Part shown: positions 19,662 through 30,067 of the stretch, piece by piece
Position numbering within the stretch: position 1 is the stretch's first letter
Layout: the number at the start of each line of letters is the position of its first letter
Source of the DNA: Nanobdellota archaeon
GTDB lineage: Archaea > Nanobdellota > Nanobdellia > UBA10117 > ARS21
Assembly: GCA_014239585.1 (NCBI GenBank)
Contig: JAAZYP010000001.1
Location: forward strand, 111,421-175,420
DNA length: 64,000 bases
Direction: 5' to 3'
The notes under the pieces: generated by a model
What the model was told of the DNA's origin: nothing
Databases searched by the model: none
What the model saw: only the letters and a program-made list of their open reading frames with translations
Program-made: the position numbers and the translations under genes

Positions 19662-20648
19662 TTATTCTTGAATTCGAAGTTCTTGATCATCTTCTTCATC
19701 AACAGCTTTACCTAATGCAATACGCTCAGCTTCTCGTTTTTCTTTTGCGTCATTGATAAGATGATCCAAATCCAATTTTTCAATCATTTCTTTGTATCTG
19801 TTTCGAATTGTAACTTCAGTTACTCCAACAACGTCTGCAATTTCTCGTTGTGTTCTTTTTTCACCAGTAATCAAAGATGCTACATAAAGTGCGGCAGCAG
19901 CAAGTCCAGTAGGACCTCTACCTGAAGTTAATTCAGAATCTTTAGCTATTTCTAAAATCTTTTGAGCTTGAGTTTGTGTTTCTGCAGAAAAACCTAGTCG
20001 ATTTGCAAATTTAGGAATATAATCTCCTGCCGAACTAGGAAGCATTCTAATCCCTAATTCTCTTGCAATAAATCTGTAAGTCTTTCCAACATCTCGTTTA
20101 TTGTTGTTTGTTAATTGACAAACTTCGTTTAAAGATCGCGGAAGATTAAATAATCGTGATGCAATATAAATTGCTCCAACTACAACACATTCCATAGATC
20201 GTCCTCGAACTAATCCTCTTTCAACTGCCATTCTATAAATTCTAGCAGCTTCTTCTTCAATTGCTGGAGGTATTTTCAAAAGGGACGAAATTCGTTTAAG
20301 ATCTGCCAATGCATATTTTAGATTTCTTTCAAGAGAAGTTGAAGAACGATTATGCCATTTTCGCAATCTGAGATATTTTCTCCGATTTTGTACTGAAAGA
20401 GAATATACTTCTGAGCTGGATCCTACTTCAGTTCCAGTACCCATATCATGTTTTGCATAACTTGAAGGTGCTCCGGCTCTTCGTCCATCTTGACCTTCAC
20501 CAGAAAATTCTCGCCATTCTTGACCACCATCAATAATGTTATCTTCAATAATTAGACCGCAACTTTTACAAGTTACTTCTCCGCGTCGTTTATCAACTAC
20601 TAAGTCAATGCTTTTGCAATCTGGACACGAAGCTACACTTGATACCAT
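19662..20648 (-). CDS. tfb: Transcription initiation factor IIB
   Basis: CPDC/CKSC zinc ribbon, EWREF, RGRS, VTEVTIRNRYKE. Confidence 0.96.
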   Translation of the reverse strand: MVSSVASCPDCKSIDLVVDKRRGEVTCKSCGLIIEDNIIDGGQEWREFSGEGQDGRRAGAPSSYAKHDMGTGTEVGSSSEVYSLSVQNRRKYLRLRKWHNRSSTSLERNLKYALADLKRISSLLKIPPAIEEEAARIYRMAVERGLVRGRSMECVVVGAIYIASRLFNLPRSLNEVCQLTNNNKRDVGKTYRFIARELGIRMLPSSAGDYIPKFANRLGFSAETQTQAQKILEIAKDSELTSGRGPTGLAAAALYVASLITGEKRTQREIADVVGVTEVTIRNRYKEMIEKLDLDHLINDAKEKREAERIALGKAVDEEDDQELRIQE

Positions 20649-20800
20649 TTTAAATATATTATTAATCGCTTAGTGGTTAAGCAATCTTTATAAGATAAAC
20701 TGGGATTAGTTTATAAATGTTTTGAAGGGACTTAGCTTTGCAGTATCTTGAAAAATCAAAGAGTAAGTTTTATAAATACACGAGAACGAGCAATAAAACA

Positions 20801-21244
20801 ATGGCTAACAAGTCTCGAGGACTAAACGCAGCAGTAAAATTGTCTAAACGTAGAAAGAAATTTCGGATGAATGACAAAAGACACGTGCGTAGAAAGTTCA
20901 AACTTAAGTTGAAGAGCGATCCGTTAGAAGGATCCCCTCAAGCTAGAGCAATTGTTTTAGAAAAACGACAAGTTGAAGCAAAACAACCTAACTCAGCTAT
21001 GCGAAAAGCAGCAAGAGTTCAATTAATCAAAAATAGTAAACAAATCACAGTTTTTTTACCTCGAGAAAATGCAGCAAAAGTTATTGATGAACACGATGAA
21101 GTTATCGTAGAAGGAATGGGCGGACATCAAGGAAAATCTAAAGGAGATATCCCGAATATTCGATGGCAAGTTGTTAAAGTAAATGGTCAATCATTAAATC
21201 AATTAACAAGAGGTAAGATTGAGAAGACAATCGGACGAAGATAA
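20801..21244 (+). CDS. rps12: 30S ribosomal protein S12
   Basis: [22 protein letters not shown]. Confidence 0.95.
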   Translation: MANKSRGLNAAVKLSKRRKKFRMNDKRHVRRKFKLKLKSDPLEGSPQARAIVLEKRQVEAKQPNSAMRKAARVQLIKNSKQITVFLPRENAAKVIDEHDEVIVEGMGGHQGKSKGDIPNIRWQVVKVNGQSLNQLTRGKIEKTIGRR

Positions 21245-21912
21245 TGGCAGAAGATAAAAAAGTAACAAAAAAGATTGTAAAGAAGGAAAATCAATTTGAA
21301 CAAAATATTTCAAAATTATTAACTTTCGGAAAATGGGAAACTAAAGCAATTCAAATTCAAGATCTGGGATTAAAGAGATATATTAATTTGGATCCAATTC
21401 ATGTGCCATCAACAAGTGGACGATTTACTGAAAAACAATTTTGGAAATCAAAGAAACCAATTTTGGAAAGATTAATGATCAGATTATTTGTAACTGGACA
21501 TTCCGGAAAAAAACACAAACGAACATCTGGAAGATTTTCAGGTAAAAAAGCAAATACTTACAACATTATGTTAAATGCATTAAATATTATTGAGAAAAAA
21601 ACAAAACAAAATCCGGTGGAAGTAGTTGTTCGAGCAATCGAAGCTGCATCACCTAGAGAAGGTATTACAACAATTGAATATGGAGGAGTCAGATATCCTA
21701 AAGCTGTGGATCTTTCACCGCAACGAAGAATCGATTTAGCGCTGAGATGGTTAACACAAGGTGCTTACCAAAAAACGGCAGGTTCAAAAGGTCGAAAGAA
21801 AATTCACGAAACTTTAGCAGATCAAATTATTGCAACAATGAATTTTGATCAAACATCTATTGCATTTCAAAAGAAATTTGATCTGGAAAGACAAGCTAAA
21901 TCAGCAAGATAA
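21244..21912 (+). CDS. rps7: 30S ribosomal protein S7
   Basis: NPVEVVVRAIE, PRE, AVDLSPQRRID. Confidence 0.95.
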   Translation: MAEDKKVTKKIVKKENQFEQNISKLLTFGKWETKAIQIQDLGLKRYINLDPIHVPSTSGRFTEKQFWKSKKPILERLMIRLFVTGHSGKKHKRTSGRFSGKKANTYNIMLNALNIIEKKTKQNPVEVVVRAIEAASPREGITTIEYGGVRYPKAVDLSPQRRIDLALRWLTQGAYQKTAGSKGRKKIHETLADQIIATMNFDQTSIAFQKKFDLERQAKSAR

Positions 21913-22391
21913 TGGCAGAATTTAAATTTTCAGTAGGCAATCCGGGAACAAAAAAGACATACAAAATCGAGAAAAAGGAGTCTGAAGCTCAAGCATTTTT
22001 TGGTATGAAAGTTGGTCAAGAATTCAACGGAGAATTACTGGGATTAAACGGATATAAATTAAAGATTACAGGTGGTAGCGATTATACTGGTGTACCAATG
22101 CGACCGGAAATTGATGGTTCTGTAAAAAAGAAAATTTTATTGAGAACGGGAGATGTTGGATTCCAAAAACGAAGATATCATAATATTCCTGGCACGGAAG
22201 GTGCAAAAAAGAAGTTAAAACAAACATATCCCGGTGAACGAAGAAGAAAATCTGTTCGAGGAAATACTATTTCAGAAGATACAATTCAAATAAATTGTAA
22301 AGTTATTTCTGCGGGAAAAGAAACGCCTGAAAAATTACTTGGTTTAGAAGTAAAAACTGAAGAAACACCAGTTGAAGCAAAAACTGAGTGA
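21912..22391 (+). CDS. rps6e: 30S ribosomal protein S6e
   Basis: LKITGGSD-G-PMR and GERRRKSVRGN. Confidence 0.93.
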   Translation: MAEFKFSVGNPGTKKTYKIEKKESEAQAFFGMKVGQEFNGELLGLNGYKLKITGGSDYTGVPMRPEIDGSVKKKILLRTGDVGFQKRRYHNIPGTEGAKKKLKQTYPGERRRKSVRGNTISEDTIQINCKVISAGKETPEKLLGLEVKTEETPVEAKTE

Positions 22392-22479
22392 GTGTAGTAA
22401 GTTACACAATTAGTTCTTAAAATCGTTTTCTGTTTTTATCAAACAAAAAATTATAAATGAATCTTTCGAAGGTATATTG

Positions 22480-22857
22480 ATGGGTGGAACCGTTAGACTG
22501 CGTAAACATCTAATAGATTATTTAAACGGGAATATCTGTAATAACTGGGTTGAAAAAGGCGTGAGACCCAGGGCCGCAGGTCCAGCAAATACTCGTGAAT
22601 TATTATACGCATATAATCGTGCAACTCGACACGGAACAAATACAAATCAACTTGGGAATATTTTAAGTAAGGACCCAAATATTGTAAAAGTTGGAACTAT
22701 TCGTGTAGGAAGAAATGATTATTCGAGTAATTATGAAATCTGTATTTGGGCAACACAAGAATATGTTGAGATGCAAATTCCTGATTTCGAAAGAGGAGAT
22801 ATTGTGTTCTTTGATGAAGAAACCAAAACTTTAGATAGATTAGTTAGAGAATGTTAA
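22480..22857 (+). CDS. DUF3860-like protein (putative winged helix)
   Basis: TVRLR...RHGTNTNQLGNILSKD..IVKVG...YEICIWAT matches my recollection of DUF3860. Confidence 0.7.
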   Translation: MGGTVRLRKHLIDYLNGNICNNWVEKGVRPRAAGPANTRELLYAYNRATRHGTNTNQLGNILSKDPNIVKVGTIRVGRNDYSSNYEICIWATQEYVEMQIPDFERGDIVFFDEETKTLDRLVREC

Positions 22858-24629
22858 ATTCCCCACGTGTCATTTTTTTCACGTTTGATTTCAGCTATTT
22901 CCTTTAAAATTCCCTTTTCATCAGCTGAAAGAAATTCCTTTTTTGATTTTAATTTTCTAAAATCATGTTCGGAAATATTCGTATAAAATTCTTCTCCGCC
23001 TTCAGCATTTCGGCCAATATTCATATTTTTTACTGAAACTGCAGATTCTTGACCTTTAGTTAATTCTTTCAATTTTTTACCTTTATCTTCGATTGATTTT
23101 ATCTGTCCAATCTTTTCACCAGATTTATTTATCAAGAAACTTCCTGAGGAAATTTTACCTGATATAACTTCTGCACCGAATATTGCAGGATTTGCTTTTC
23201 TGAAAATATATTGCGGCATTATTTTAATTTTTCCGGGCCAAGATAAATCTTCTAATTGTTCAAGTTCAAGTCTTCGCTTACGTTCCTCAAGTTTTTCCTT
23301 AAAGTCTTCAACAACTTTGTAAATAACATTATTTAGAATTACTTCAACGTTCTTTTCCTTTGCGTAATTTTCTACTTCATCATCTATTTTGACATTGAAT
23401 CCTAAAACTGCAGCATATAGACTTCCCTTTTCAGCAGAACTTTCTGCTTCAACAATATCTCGTTTAGATATGTTCCCGATTCGAGCCTGTTTAATTGGAA
23501 TTTCATGTTGAGAAAATAAGTTTGAAGCAGCTTCAATACTACCTAGCGTATCAGCCTTTAATATAATTCCATCATCTTCAGTTTGAATAAGAACATCTTC
23601 AATTTCAGATTGAATAGATTTTTTCGCAGCATTAATTTCTTCATCAGATTCAGCAGATAAAATTGGTGCACCTGCAAGCGCTTTATCCAAATCATTTGCT
23701 AATACTTTCACACCGGTGGCTGCAAAAACTTGTTTTAATTTATCAAATGAACTTTTAGAGTCTCGAATTTCGGAAAGAGCTTTCGGTTTCAAAAGTGCTT
23801 TTACTTTTGTAGTAATCGTTTCGTTCATACCGCCAACGATAATTGTATCATCTTGTTTTATATTTCCATCATAAATTATTATATCGGCAGTTGTCCCCAT
23901 ACCTTGTTCGTCCTTTATTTCCAAAATAGTTCCTTTTGCTCTTGCATTAGAATCAATTTCTAATTTACCACCTAGGAATTTTTGAGAAAGTCCAGTTAAA
24001 ATTGCTAATAACTCTGCAATCCCTTCACCAGTTTTTGCGGATACAGGAACTATTGAAACCATTTTTTTATGATCTTCAACTTTATGATATAAATTTGAAT
24101 CAAATCCTAATTCTGCTAAATCACCTAAAATTTTGTAAAATTTATCATTAAAATATTTTTTAGAATTTTCAGTTTGCTTATCAAAATTTTTGATAAAGAA
24201 ATTAGATTCGGATTTCCATCCATATATTAAATCGACTTTATTTGCAGCAATGATAAATGGAACCTTAAAATGTTTCAAAATTTCAATTGCCTCCTTAGTT
24301 TGAGGTTGTATTCCTTGATTAATATCAATTACTAAAACTGCTAAATCTGCAATCGAACCACCTCGTTTTCGGAGATTACTGAAAGCTTCATGTCCAGGAG
24401 TATCTACAAACAATAAACCAGGAATATCAAACTTAAGTTTGAAAATATCTAATAAATCTCCGCAAATATCTTTGATTGTGTCAAGAGGTATTTCTGTAGC
24501 GCCAATATGTTGTGTAATTTTGCCGGCTTCTCGATCTGCAAGAGTGCTACCTCTAATAAAGTCTAATACCGAAGTCTTGCCGTGATCTACATGGCCAAGA
24601 ACCGTAATAATTGGTTGCCGAATTGTCAT
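22854..24629 (-). CDS. infB: Translation initiation factor aIF5B (IF-2)
   Basis: GHVDHGKT, TQHIGA, DTPGHEAF, NKVD. Confidence 0.96.
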   Translation of the reverse strand: MTIRQPIITVLGHVDHGKTSVLDFIRGSTLADREAGKITQHIGATEIPLDTIKDICGDLLDIFKLKFDIPGLLFVDTPGHEAFSNLRKRGGSIADLAVLVIDINQGIQPQTKEAIEILKHFKVPFIIAANKVDLIYGWKSESNFFIKNFDKQTENSKKYFNDKFYKILGDLAELGFDSNLYHKVEDHKKMVSIVPVSAKTGEGIAELLAILTGLSQKFLGGKLEIDSNARAKGTILEIKDEQGMGTTADIIIYDGNIKQDDTIIVGGMNETITTKVKALLKPKALSEIRDSKSSFDKLKQVFAATGVKVLANDLDKALAGAPILSAESDEEINAAKKSIQSEIEDVLIQTEDDGIILKADTLGSIEAASNLFSQHEIPIKQARIGNISKRDIVEAESSAEKGSLYAAVLGFNVKIDDEVENYAKEKNVEVILNNVIYKVVEDFKEKLEERKRRLELEQLEDLSWPGKIKIMPQYIFRKANPAIFGAEVISGKISSGSFLINKSGEKIGQIKSIEDKGKKLKELTKGQESAVSVKNMNIGRNAEGGEEFYTNISEHDFRKLKSKKEFLSADEKGILKEIAEIKREKNDTWGI

Positions 24630-24689
24630 TTTCCATCATTACCTCTAAAAAATAGCCAATTTTTTGGTTTAAAAGTCTTTAGGTTACAG

Positions 24690-25958
24690 TCATTTGAAAC
24701 CTTTTGAGATCAAAGGTAGGGAATCAACAAATCTATCGATTGGTGTGTAAAGCTTCATGAAATGGTGTCGTCTAAAATGATTTCCATATCTCCATCTAAT
24801 CTTCCGATGAAATGCAATTAATATTAAACCAATACCTATTGCAAATGAACCCGCGCCATTCATAACAAAAAATATAGATTTGGATTCAGCCAATTCAGCT
24901 ACATAGAACAGTATAATTGCAGCCAATCCCCACGAAATTGCTTCAAATAAGGCTAATGCTTTACCGTGTTTGCTATCAGGAGTCATTTCCGCTAATCTCA
25001 CATATATAGGCCTACCTATTGCAAGCAAACCGATCGAAACTCCTCCTGCCGCGATAACATAAGATAAAAAGTGAGCATAAACAAAAAATAATTTCATTGA
25101 AATCCCTAATAAAATAAATCCGGGAATAATTAACCATTTTGAATGAAATTTATCTGAAAGATGTCCGAGAGGTATTTGAAATGGAATTAAAATTAAATAT
25201 GCGCCCGTAATAACTAATCCCGCTTGCCAAAAATCGTATCCAATTATATTTTTTAAATAAATCAGAATGAAAGTATGCCAAATAAGTCCAAATGCAACTT
25301 TAATCATATGAATCAATGATAAAAAAGTAAATCCTGGCGTTATTCCAATTTTATGATAATTTTCCCAAATTTTTTCCAGTTTAGGAAGTTTATTTTTATG
25401 TTTAAATTCACTAAATAAATTGATTAAATAAATCGAATATATTCCAATTAATACGGATAAAATAAATAAGGCATTAAATCCGTAAAGATAAATGATTAAT
25501 CCTCCGATGGGAGGGGCGAGAATTAGTCCAGAATAACGATAAATTGATCGGATGGCATTATGTGTTGCAAGTTTCGTTTTTTCGGAGATATCCCAAACAT
25601 AACTCGAATATGATGGAATGAACATTGCATATGCTAGTCCAAAAATAATTCCTCGCGAAATAAAATATAATTCTGAAGTAAAAAATAATAGACTAAAATT
25701 AGTTATAGTCATTGCGATTGCACTCCAAATCATAATCTTTTTACGATTAAAATTATCTGCCAATGAACCACCATAGATTTTAGCAACATTTGTTGCAATA
25801 ACAGATAGAGCGACAATTGCACCGATGTTTACTAGATTGATGCCCAATTGAAAATAATAAAGTGGTAGGAAAATATAAATTAATGAATTTGATAAACTTC
25901 TGAATAAAGTTACTCTATTTGCAAGTTTGAAATTAGCAGAAGTTTTTAGCTTATTCAT
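24690..25958 (-). CDS. MFS transporter
   Basis: About 12 TM segments; GSLADNFNRK and GHLSDKF motif A copies. Confidence 0.85.
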   Translation of the reverse strand: MNKLKTSANFKLANRVTLFRSLSNSLIYIFLPLYYFQLGINLVNIGAIVALSVIATNVAKIYGGSLADNFNRKKIMIWSAIAMTITNFSLLFFTSELYFISRGIIFGLAYAMFIPSYSSYVWDISEKTKLATHNAIRSIYRYSGLILAPPIGGLIIYLYGFNALFILSVLIGIYSIYLINLFSEFKHKNKLPKLEKIWENYHKIGITPGFTFLSLIHMIKVAFGLIWHTFILIYLKNIIGYDFWQAGLVITGAYLILIPFQIPLGHLSDKFHSKWLIIPGFILLGISMKLFFVYAHFLSYVIAAGGVSIGLLAIGRPIYVRLAEMTPDSKHGKALALFEAISWGLAAIILFYVAELAESKSIFFVMNGAGSFAIGIGLILIAFHRKIRWRYGNHFRRHHFMKLYTPIDRFVDSLPLISKGFK

Positions 25959-25993
25959 AAAATCTTAAATCAAATGAGATATTTAAATCTGAC

Positions 25994-26473
25994 TTAGAAT
26001 ACAATATGTTCATCTGCACGTTTATAGTTGTGCAATTCAGATTTATCAAACCAAAGTGAAACTTCCTTTTTGGCTTCTTCATCATTTCCTGAAGCATGAA
26101 TTATGTTTGCAATTGATTTACTTTTTCGATCAGCATATTCGTAAGTATGATGTGCATAATCACCACGAATTGTTCCCGGAGATGCATCTCCGGGTGCAGT
26201 AGAACCAACGATTCGTCTAATATTTCTTATTGCGTCAACACCTTCAAGAGCTATTGCGATTACTGGTCCAGATCGAATAAATTCATCTAATCCCTTAAAA
26301 AATGGTTTTGAAATATGTTCAGAATAATGTGTTTGCGATAGTTTTTCATCAACCCATACCATTTTCATACCGATAATTTTCATACCTGAATTTTCAAAAC
26401 GAGTTATTATTTTTCCAGAAATTGATCGTTGAACACCGTCCGGTTTGATTAATACAAGAGTTTGTTTGACCAT
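25994..26473 (-). CDS. ndk: Nucleoside diphosphate kinase
   Basis: IKPDGVQR, PGTIRGD, NIIHAS. Confidence 0.95.
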   Translation of the reverse strand: MVKQTLVLIKPDGVQRSISGKIITRFENSGMKIIGMKMVWVDEKLSQTHYSEHISKPFFKGLDEFIRSGPVIAIALEGVDAIRNIRRIVGSTAPGDASPGTIRGDYAHHTYEYADRKSKSIANIIHASGNDEEAKKEVSLWFDKSELHNYKRADEHIVF

Positions 26474-26502
26474 AATCTGGCTAATTATTCAAATTTATAA
26501 GA

Positions 26503-26775
26503 TTACCGTCTTAACTGTTTTAATAATCTAGAGATTGTCTGTTTTAATGCGACACCAAATCTCCAATCAATTCCTTCTGAACGAATTATTTTTCCTTTAG
26601 GAGTTTCTGCTTCAGCACTAAGAACATATTTTGAACGCTTACCATCTTTTTCATAACGTTTCAATCTTAAACGCAATTTAGAAAATGTTCGCGTTAATTT
26701 GCTTTTGGAAATTATTTCTTGAAATCTTCGCCGATCTTTCAAGTTAAGTTTTTTATCAGAAAATTCTACATCCAT
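26503..26775 (-). CDS. Small basic protein with possible HPF/RaiA-like fold
   Basis: Beta-strand/helix pattern ending DWRFGVALKQTISRLLKQL, reminiscent of HPF-like domains. Confidence 0.45.
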   Translation of the reverse strand: MDVEFSDKKLNLKDRRRFQEIISKSKLTRTFSKLRLRLKRYEKDGKRSKYVLSAEAETPKGKIIRSEGIDWRFGVALKQTISRLLKQLRR

Positions 26776-26805
26776 AAATTAGTTAGTGGATTAAAGTATA
26801 AATAA

Positions 26806-27258
26806 TTATTCTAAACTAGAATAATCTAAGTCCTTTAATCTGATTTCCATAACATTATCACTTGTTTTAGTAAGTCCAACTTTATCATAGAAGTCTGTTA
26901 ATTCAGTTGAACATTTCAAATAAATTTCATCAATACTTCGAGTTGAAGCAGATTCTAATCGTTCAGATAAATTATCTGAATTTGATGCGATACGTCCTTC
27001 CAAAGATTCAGTTTCGAATTCGAATTCGGATTCAGCAATATGTTGAACTACTTCGTCCATCAAAAATGAACCATACTTATTTTCATGACCTCTATACTCA
27101 TCTAATATTCGAACTCGTTCAATATATGCCATGTTTTTGATTCCATTTGATTGATACATAATCAATAAACTACCGACTAATTTTTCGTCATCATATAATG
27201 ATGCAGATTCAGTTTTACTTAATTTTCCATCGTCAATTAAATTATAATCTATTTTCAT
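26806..27258 (-). CDS. GNAT-family acetyltransferase
   Basis: YIERVRILDEYRG...YGSFLM motif A; FYDKVG motif B. Confidence 0.75.
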   Translation of the reverse strand: MKIDYNLIDDGKLSKTESASLYDDEKLVGSLLIMYQSNGIKNMAYIERVRILDEYRGHENKYGSFLMDEVVQHIAESEFEFETESLEGRIASNSDNLSERLESASTRSIDEIYLKCSTELTDFYDKVGLTKTSDNVMEIRLKDLDYSSLE

Positions 27259-28991
27259 TTTACTGTCACCGATTTAGCTAAGTTTCTCGGTTTATCCGGA
27301 TCTAATCCCTTCAGAACCGCCAAATAATAGGCAAGAATTTGAATCGGAATAGTTCGCAGTATTGGAGAATATTTATCTGGACCGATTACTTTAATCCAAA
27401 AATCAAATACATCGTGATTTTTATCTGATACACCGATAATGAATGCGCCTCTACTTTTCAATTCTTGAGCATTTGATAATATTTCAGAATTATTTTTATT
27501 TGAAACGAATACAATACACGGAGTTCCATTTTCAATCATTGCAATAGGACCATGTTTAATCTGACCACCAGCAAAACCTTCAGCATGAATATAAGATACC
27601 TCTTTTATTTTCAAAGCAGCTTCCATCGCAGTAGGGTAATCACGCTTTCGACCAATTGTGAATAAATGTTTTGTATATCTTAATAACTGAGATAATTCTT
27701 TAGTATATTTTCTTGAATTTTCGGAAGTCAAATAGTAAATTTGACGAATAATTTCAGTCAGATTCGCTTTTGAAGTTTCATAAGTATCAGTTATACATCC
27801 CGCAAGAAGCATAAGTATCGATACTGACGCAGTATATGATTTTGTAGAAAGAACACAAATTTCAGGACCTACATTCATATAGATTCGTTTATCACTCATT
27901 CGATCAAGCGTTGAACCTTGAACATTTACAATAGATACAATTTCCGCACCCGAATTTTTTATTGATTTTAATGCATCGATTAAATCAATAGTTTCGCCAG
28001 ATTGAGAGATTGCTAAAACTATTGAATTTTTATCAACAAATTTAGAATAACTTCTGAATTCATGCGCTCTTATAACTTTAGGCATAATCCCTTGTTTCAA
28101 AAATTCATATTCTGCTGCAAGTGCTGCATTATAGGATGTTCCACATGCAACCATAAATATATTTTTTGTTTTCAAGTCATTAACAATCGATGAAATGTTT
28201 TTTGAATCTTGTATCAAAACCTGATTTATTACGTCCACTTGTTCAGATATTTCTTTAAGCATAAAGTGTTCGAATTCTCCCTTTCTGGCTTTATCAATAT
28301 CCCAAGTAATTGTAGATTTTTTACGTTCAACTTCTTCGCCAGAATTAAATATTTTTACTGAATTACCTTCAATATATCCGTAATCTCCGTCTTCAAGATA
28401 TATTACTGTTTTAGTTCGATCAAAAAAGGATGTTACATCAGAAGATAAAATTTTTTCATCTTTTCCAATCCCCAAAACTAAAGGTGAATCTTTTCGAGCA
28501 AAATAAATTTTATTTTCCCCGCGTTTTAAGAATCCAATTGCATAAGTCCCTTTAAGATCAGGAAGAATTTGAGCAAAGGATGAAAGTGTATCCTCAGTTA
28601 GTTTGGATTGAATATAATTCGTTAACACTTCGCTATCGGTTTGACCTGAAAAATTAAAACCATCTAATTTGGATTTTAGTTCTTGATAATTTTCAATAAT
28701 TCCATTGTGCACTAATGAAATATTTTTGTCATTAGATAAATGAGGATGTGCATTTTCTTTAGTTACACCGCCGTGTGTCGCCCACCTAGTATGACCGAGA
28801 ATTAAATTTGATTCTCCAGGTAAATCAGTATTTTCAATCTTACCTATTTCCTTGATGAGATTTATTTTATCAGATAAATGCGAAACTCCCCATGAATCAT
28901 AACCTCGATAATCCAATGACTTAATCATCGTCATAAATTTAGCTAATTTTAGTTTTTCCTTATTTGAAATGTAACCTACAATTCCACACAT
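27255..28991 (-). CDS. glmS: Glutamine--fructose-6-phosphate aminotransferase
   Basis: MCGIVG, GHTRWATHG, SQSGET, PRNLAKSVTV. Confidence 0.96.
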   Translation of the reverse strand: MCGIVGYISNKEKLKLAKFMTMIKSLDYRGYDSWGVSHLSDKINLIKEIGKIENTDLPGESNLILGHTRWATHGGVTKENAHPHLSNDKNISLVHNGIIENYQELKSKLDGFNFSGQTDSEVLTNYIQSKLTEDTLSSFAQILPDLKGTYAIGFLKRGENKIYFARKDSPLVLGIGKDEKILSSDVTSFFDRTKTVIYLEDGDYGYIEGNSVKIFNSGEEVERKKSTITWDIDKARKGEFEHFMLKEISEQVDVINQVLIQDSKNISSIVNDLKTKNIFMVACGTSYNAALAAEYEFLKQGIMPKVIRAHEFRSYSKFVDKNSIVLAISQSGETIDLIDALKSIKNSGAEIVSIVNVQGSTLDRMSDKRIYMNVGPEICVLSTKSYTASVSILMLLAGCITDTYETSKANLTEIIRQIYYLTSENSRKYTKELSQLLRYTKHLFTIGRKRDYPTAMEAALKIKEVSYIHAEGFAGGQIKHGPIAMIENGTPCIVFVSNKNNSEILSNAQELKSRGAFIIGVSDKNHDVFDFWIKVIGPDKYSPILRTIPIQILAYYLAVLKGLDPDKPRNLAKSVTVK

Positions 28992-29668
28992 TATTCTAAA
29001 TCCTCTTTTTTGGTTAAATCGGAAAAGTCATGTTTTAGAGTATAAATCTGAAACATATTTCCTTTATCCAGACTAAGTTTTATTGAATCAGTTATATAAA
29101 TCTCGCCATTTGACCTAGGATTTGTATTTTTAATATATCTAAAAATAGATTTATTGAGAATATAACAACCTAAATTAACTGAGTTAGATTTTGGAAATTT
29201 TGGTTTTTCTTCCAAACTAATTATTCTATCACCTTCTAATTCAAAAACACCGTATTTTTTTGGATTTGTAATTTTCTGAGACATAATATAATTTTCTGGA
29301 TTTTTTAGAAAGTTTTCAATAAAATTATCCAAATCTTTTTGGTGGAAAATCATATCTCCCATTGTAATAAATTGATAATCAGTATCATTTTCCAATAAAC
29401 TAATTGCATCACCAGTTCCTCTGATATTTTCTTGTTCAATAAATTCGAATTCAATATCAGGAAAATTAAGAATCAAATGTTCAATAACTTGTGTTTTTTT
29501 ATATCCGACAATAATTTTAATTTTATTTGTATATTTTGATAAAGATTCGACAATATGTGAAATTATTGGTTTATTTTTATAAATTAACAAAGTTTTATTT
29601 GTAGTTTCAGTTAGATCACCCATTCGGGTTCCTCGTCCTGCAGCAAGTATGCTAAATATTAAATTCAT
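28991..29668 (-). CDS. Sugar-phosphate nucleotidyltransferase (GlmU N-terminal-like only)
   Basis: ILAAGRGTRM, GTGDA, EEKP, GEIYITD; no left-handed beta-helix. Confidence 0.85.
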   Translation of the reverse strand: MNLIFSILAAGRGTRMGDLTETTNKTLLIYKNKPIISHIVESLSKYTNKIKIIVGYKKTQVIEHLILNFPDIEFEFIEQENIRGTGDAISLLENDTDYQFITMGDMIFHQKDLDNFIENFLKNPENYIMSQKITNPKKYGVFELEGDRIISLEEKPKFPKSNSVNLGCYILNKSIFRYIKNTNPRSNGEIYITDSIKLSLDKGNMFQIYTLKHDFSDLTKKEDLE

Positions 29669-29670
29669 AA

Positions 29671-30057
29671 TTATTCAGTTTTTTCTTCAGAAGATTCAGT
29701 TGAAGTATCAGTAATAATTTCAATAGGTATATCTTCGATCATCGGTTCCTCAGTCGTGGTAGTTTCAATATTTCCTGGAGAAGTTTTATCTAAATGAATA
29801 TCAATTGTTGAAACTCGAATTTGTCGACCATCTTTGTTTTTGAAATCTTCTGAACCAATTTTAACATCAGCAATTTTAACTGAATCAATTAAAAATCGAC
29901 TATTAACAATTTCAGCAACATCTACTGCACGATTAATAAATTTACCTCGAGATCGAATTACAACTCTACTTGCTCCGGAAGTTGTAAATTGCATTACTAC
30001 TGCAGTTACATAATTCATAAATGGCTTTCCGCCAACAAATACTATCTGTTCAGTCAT
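29671..30057 (-). CDS. albA: DNA/RNA-binding protein Alba with acidic tail
   Basis: VGGKPFMNYV, SRGKFINRAVDVAE, VSTIDI. Confidence 0.92.
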   Translation of the reverse strand: MTEQIVFVGGKPFMNYVTAVVMQFTTSGASRVVIRSRGKFINRAVDVAEIVNSRFLIDSVKIADVKIGSEDFKNKDGRQIRVSTIDIHLDKTSPGNIETTTTEEPMIEDIPIEIITDTSTESSEEKTE

Positions 30058-30067
30058 TGTATATCAA

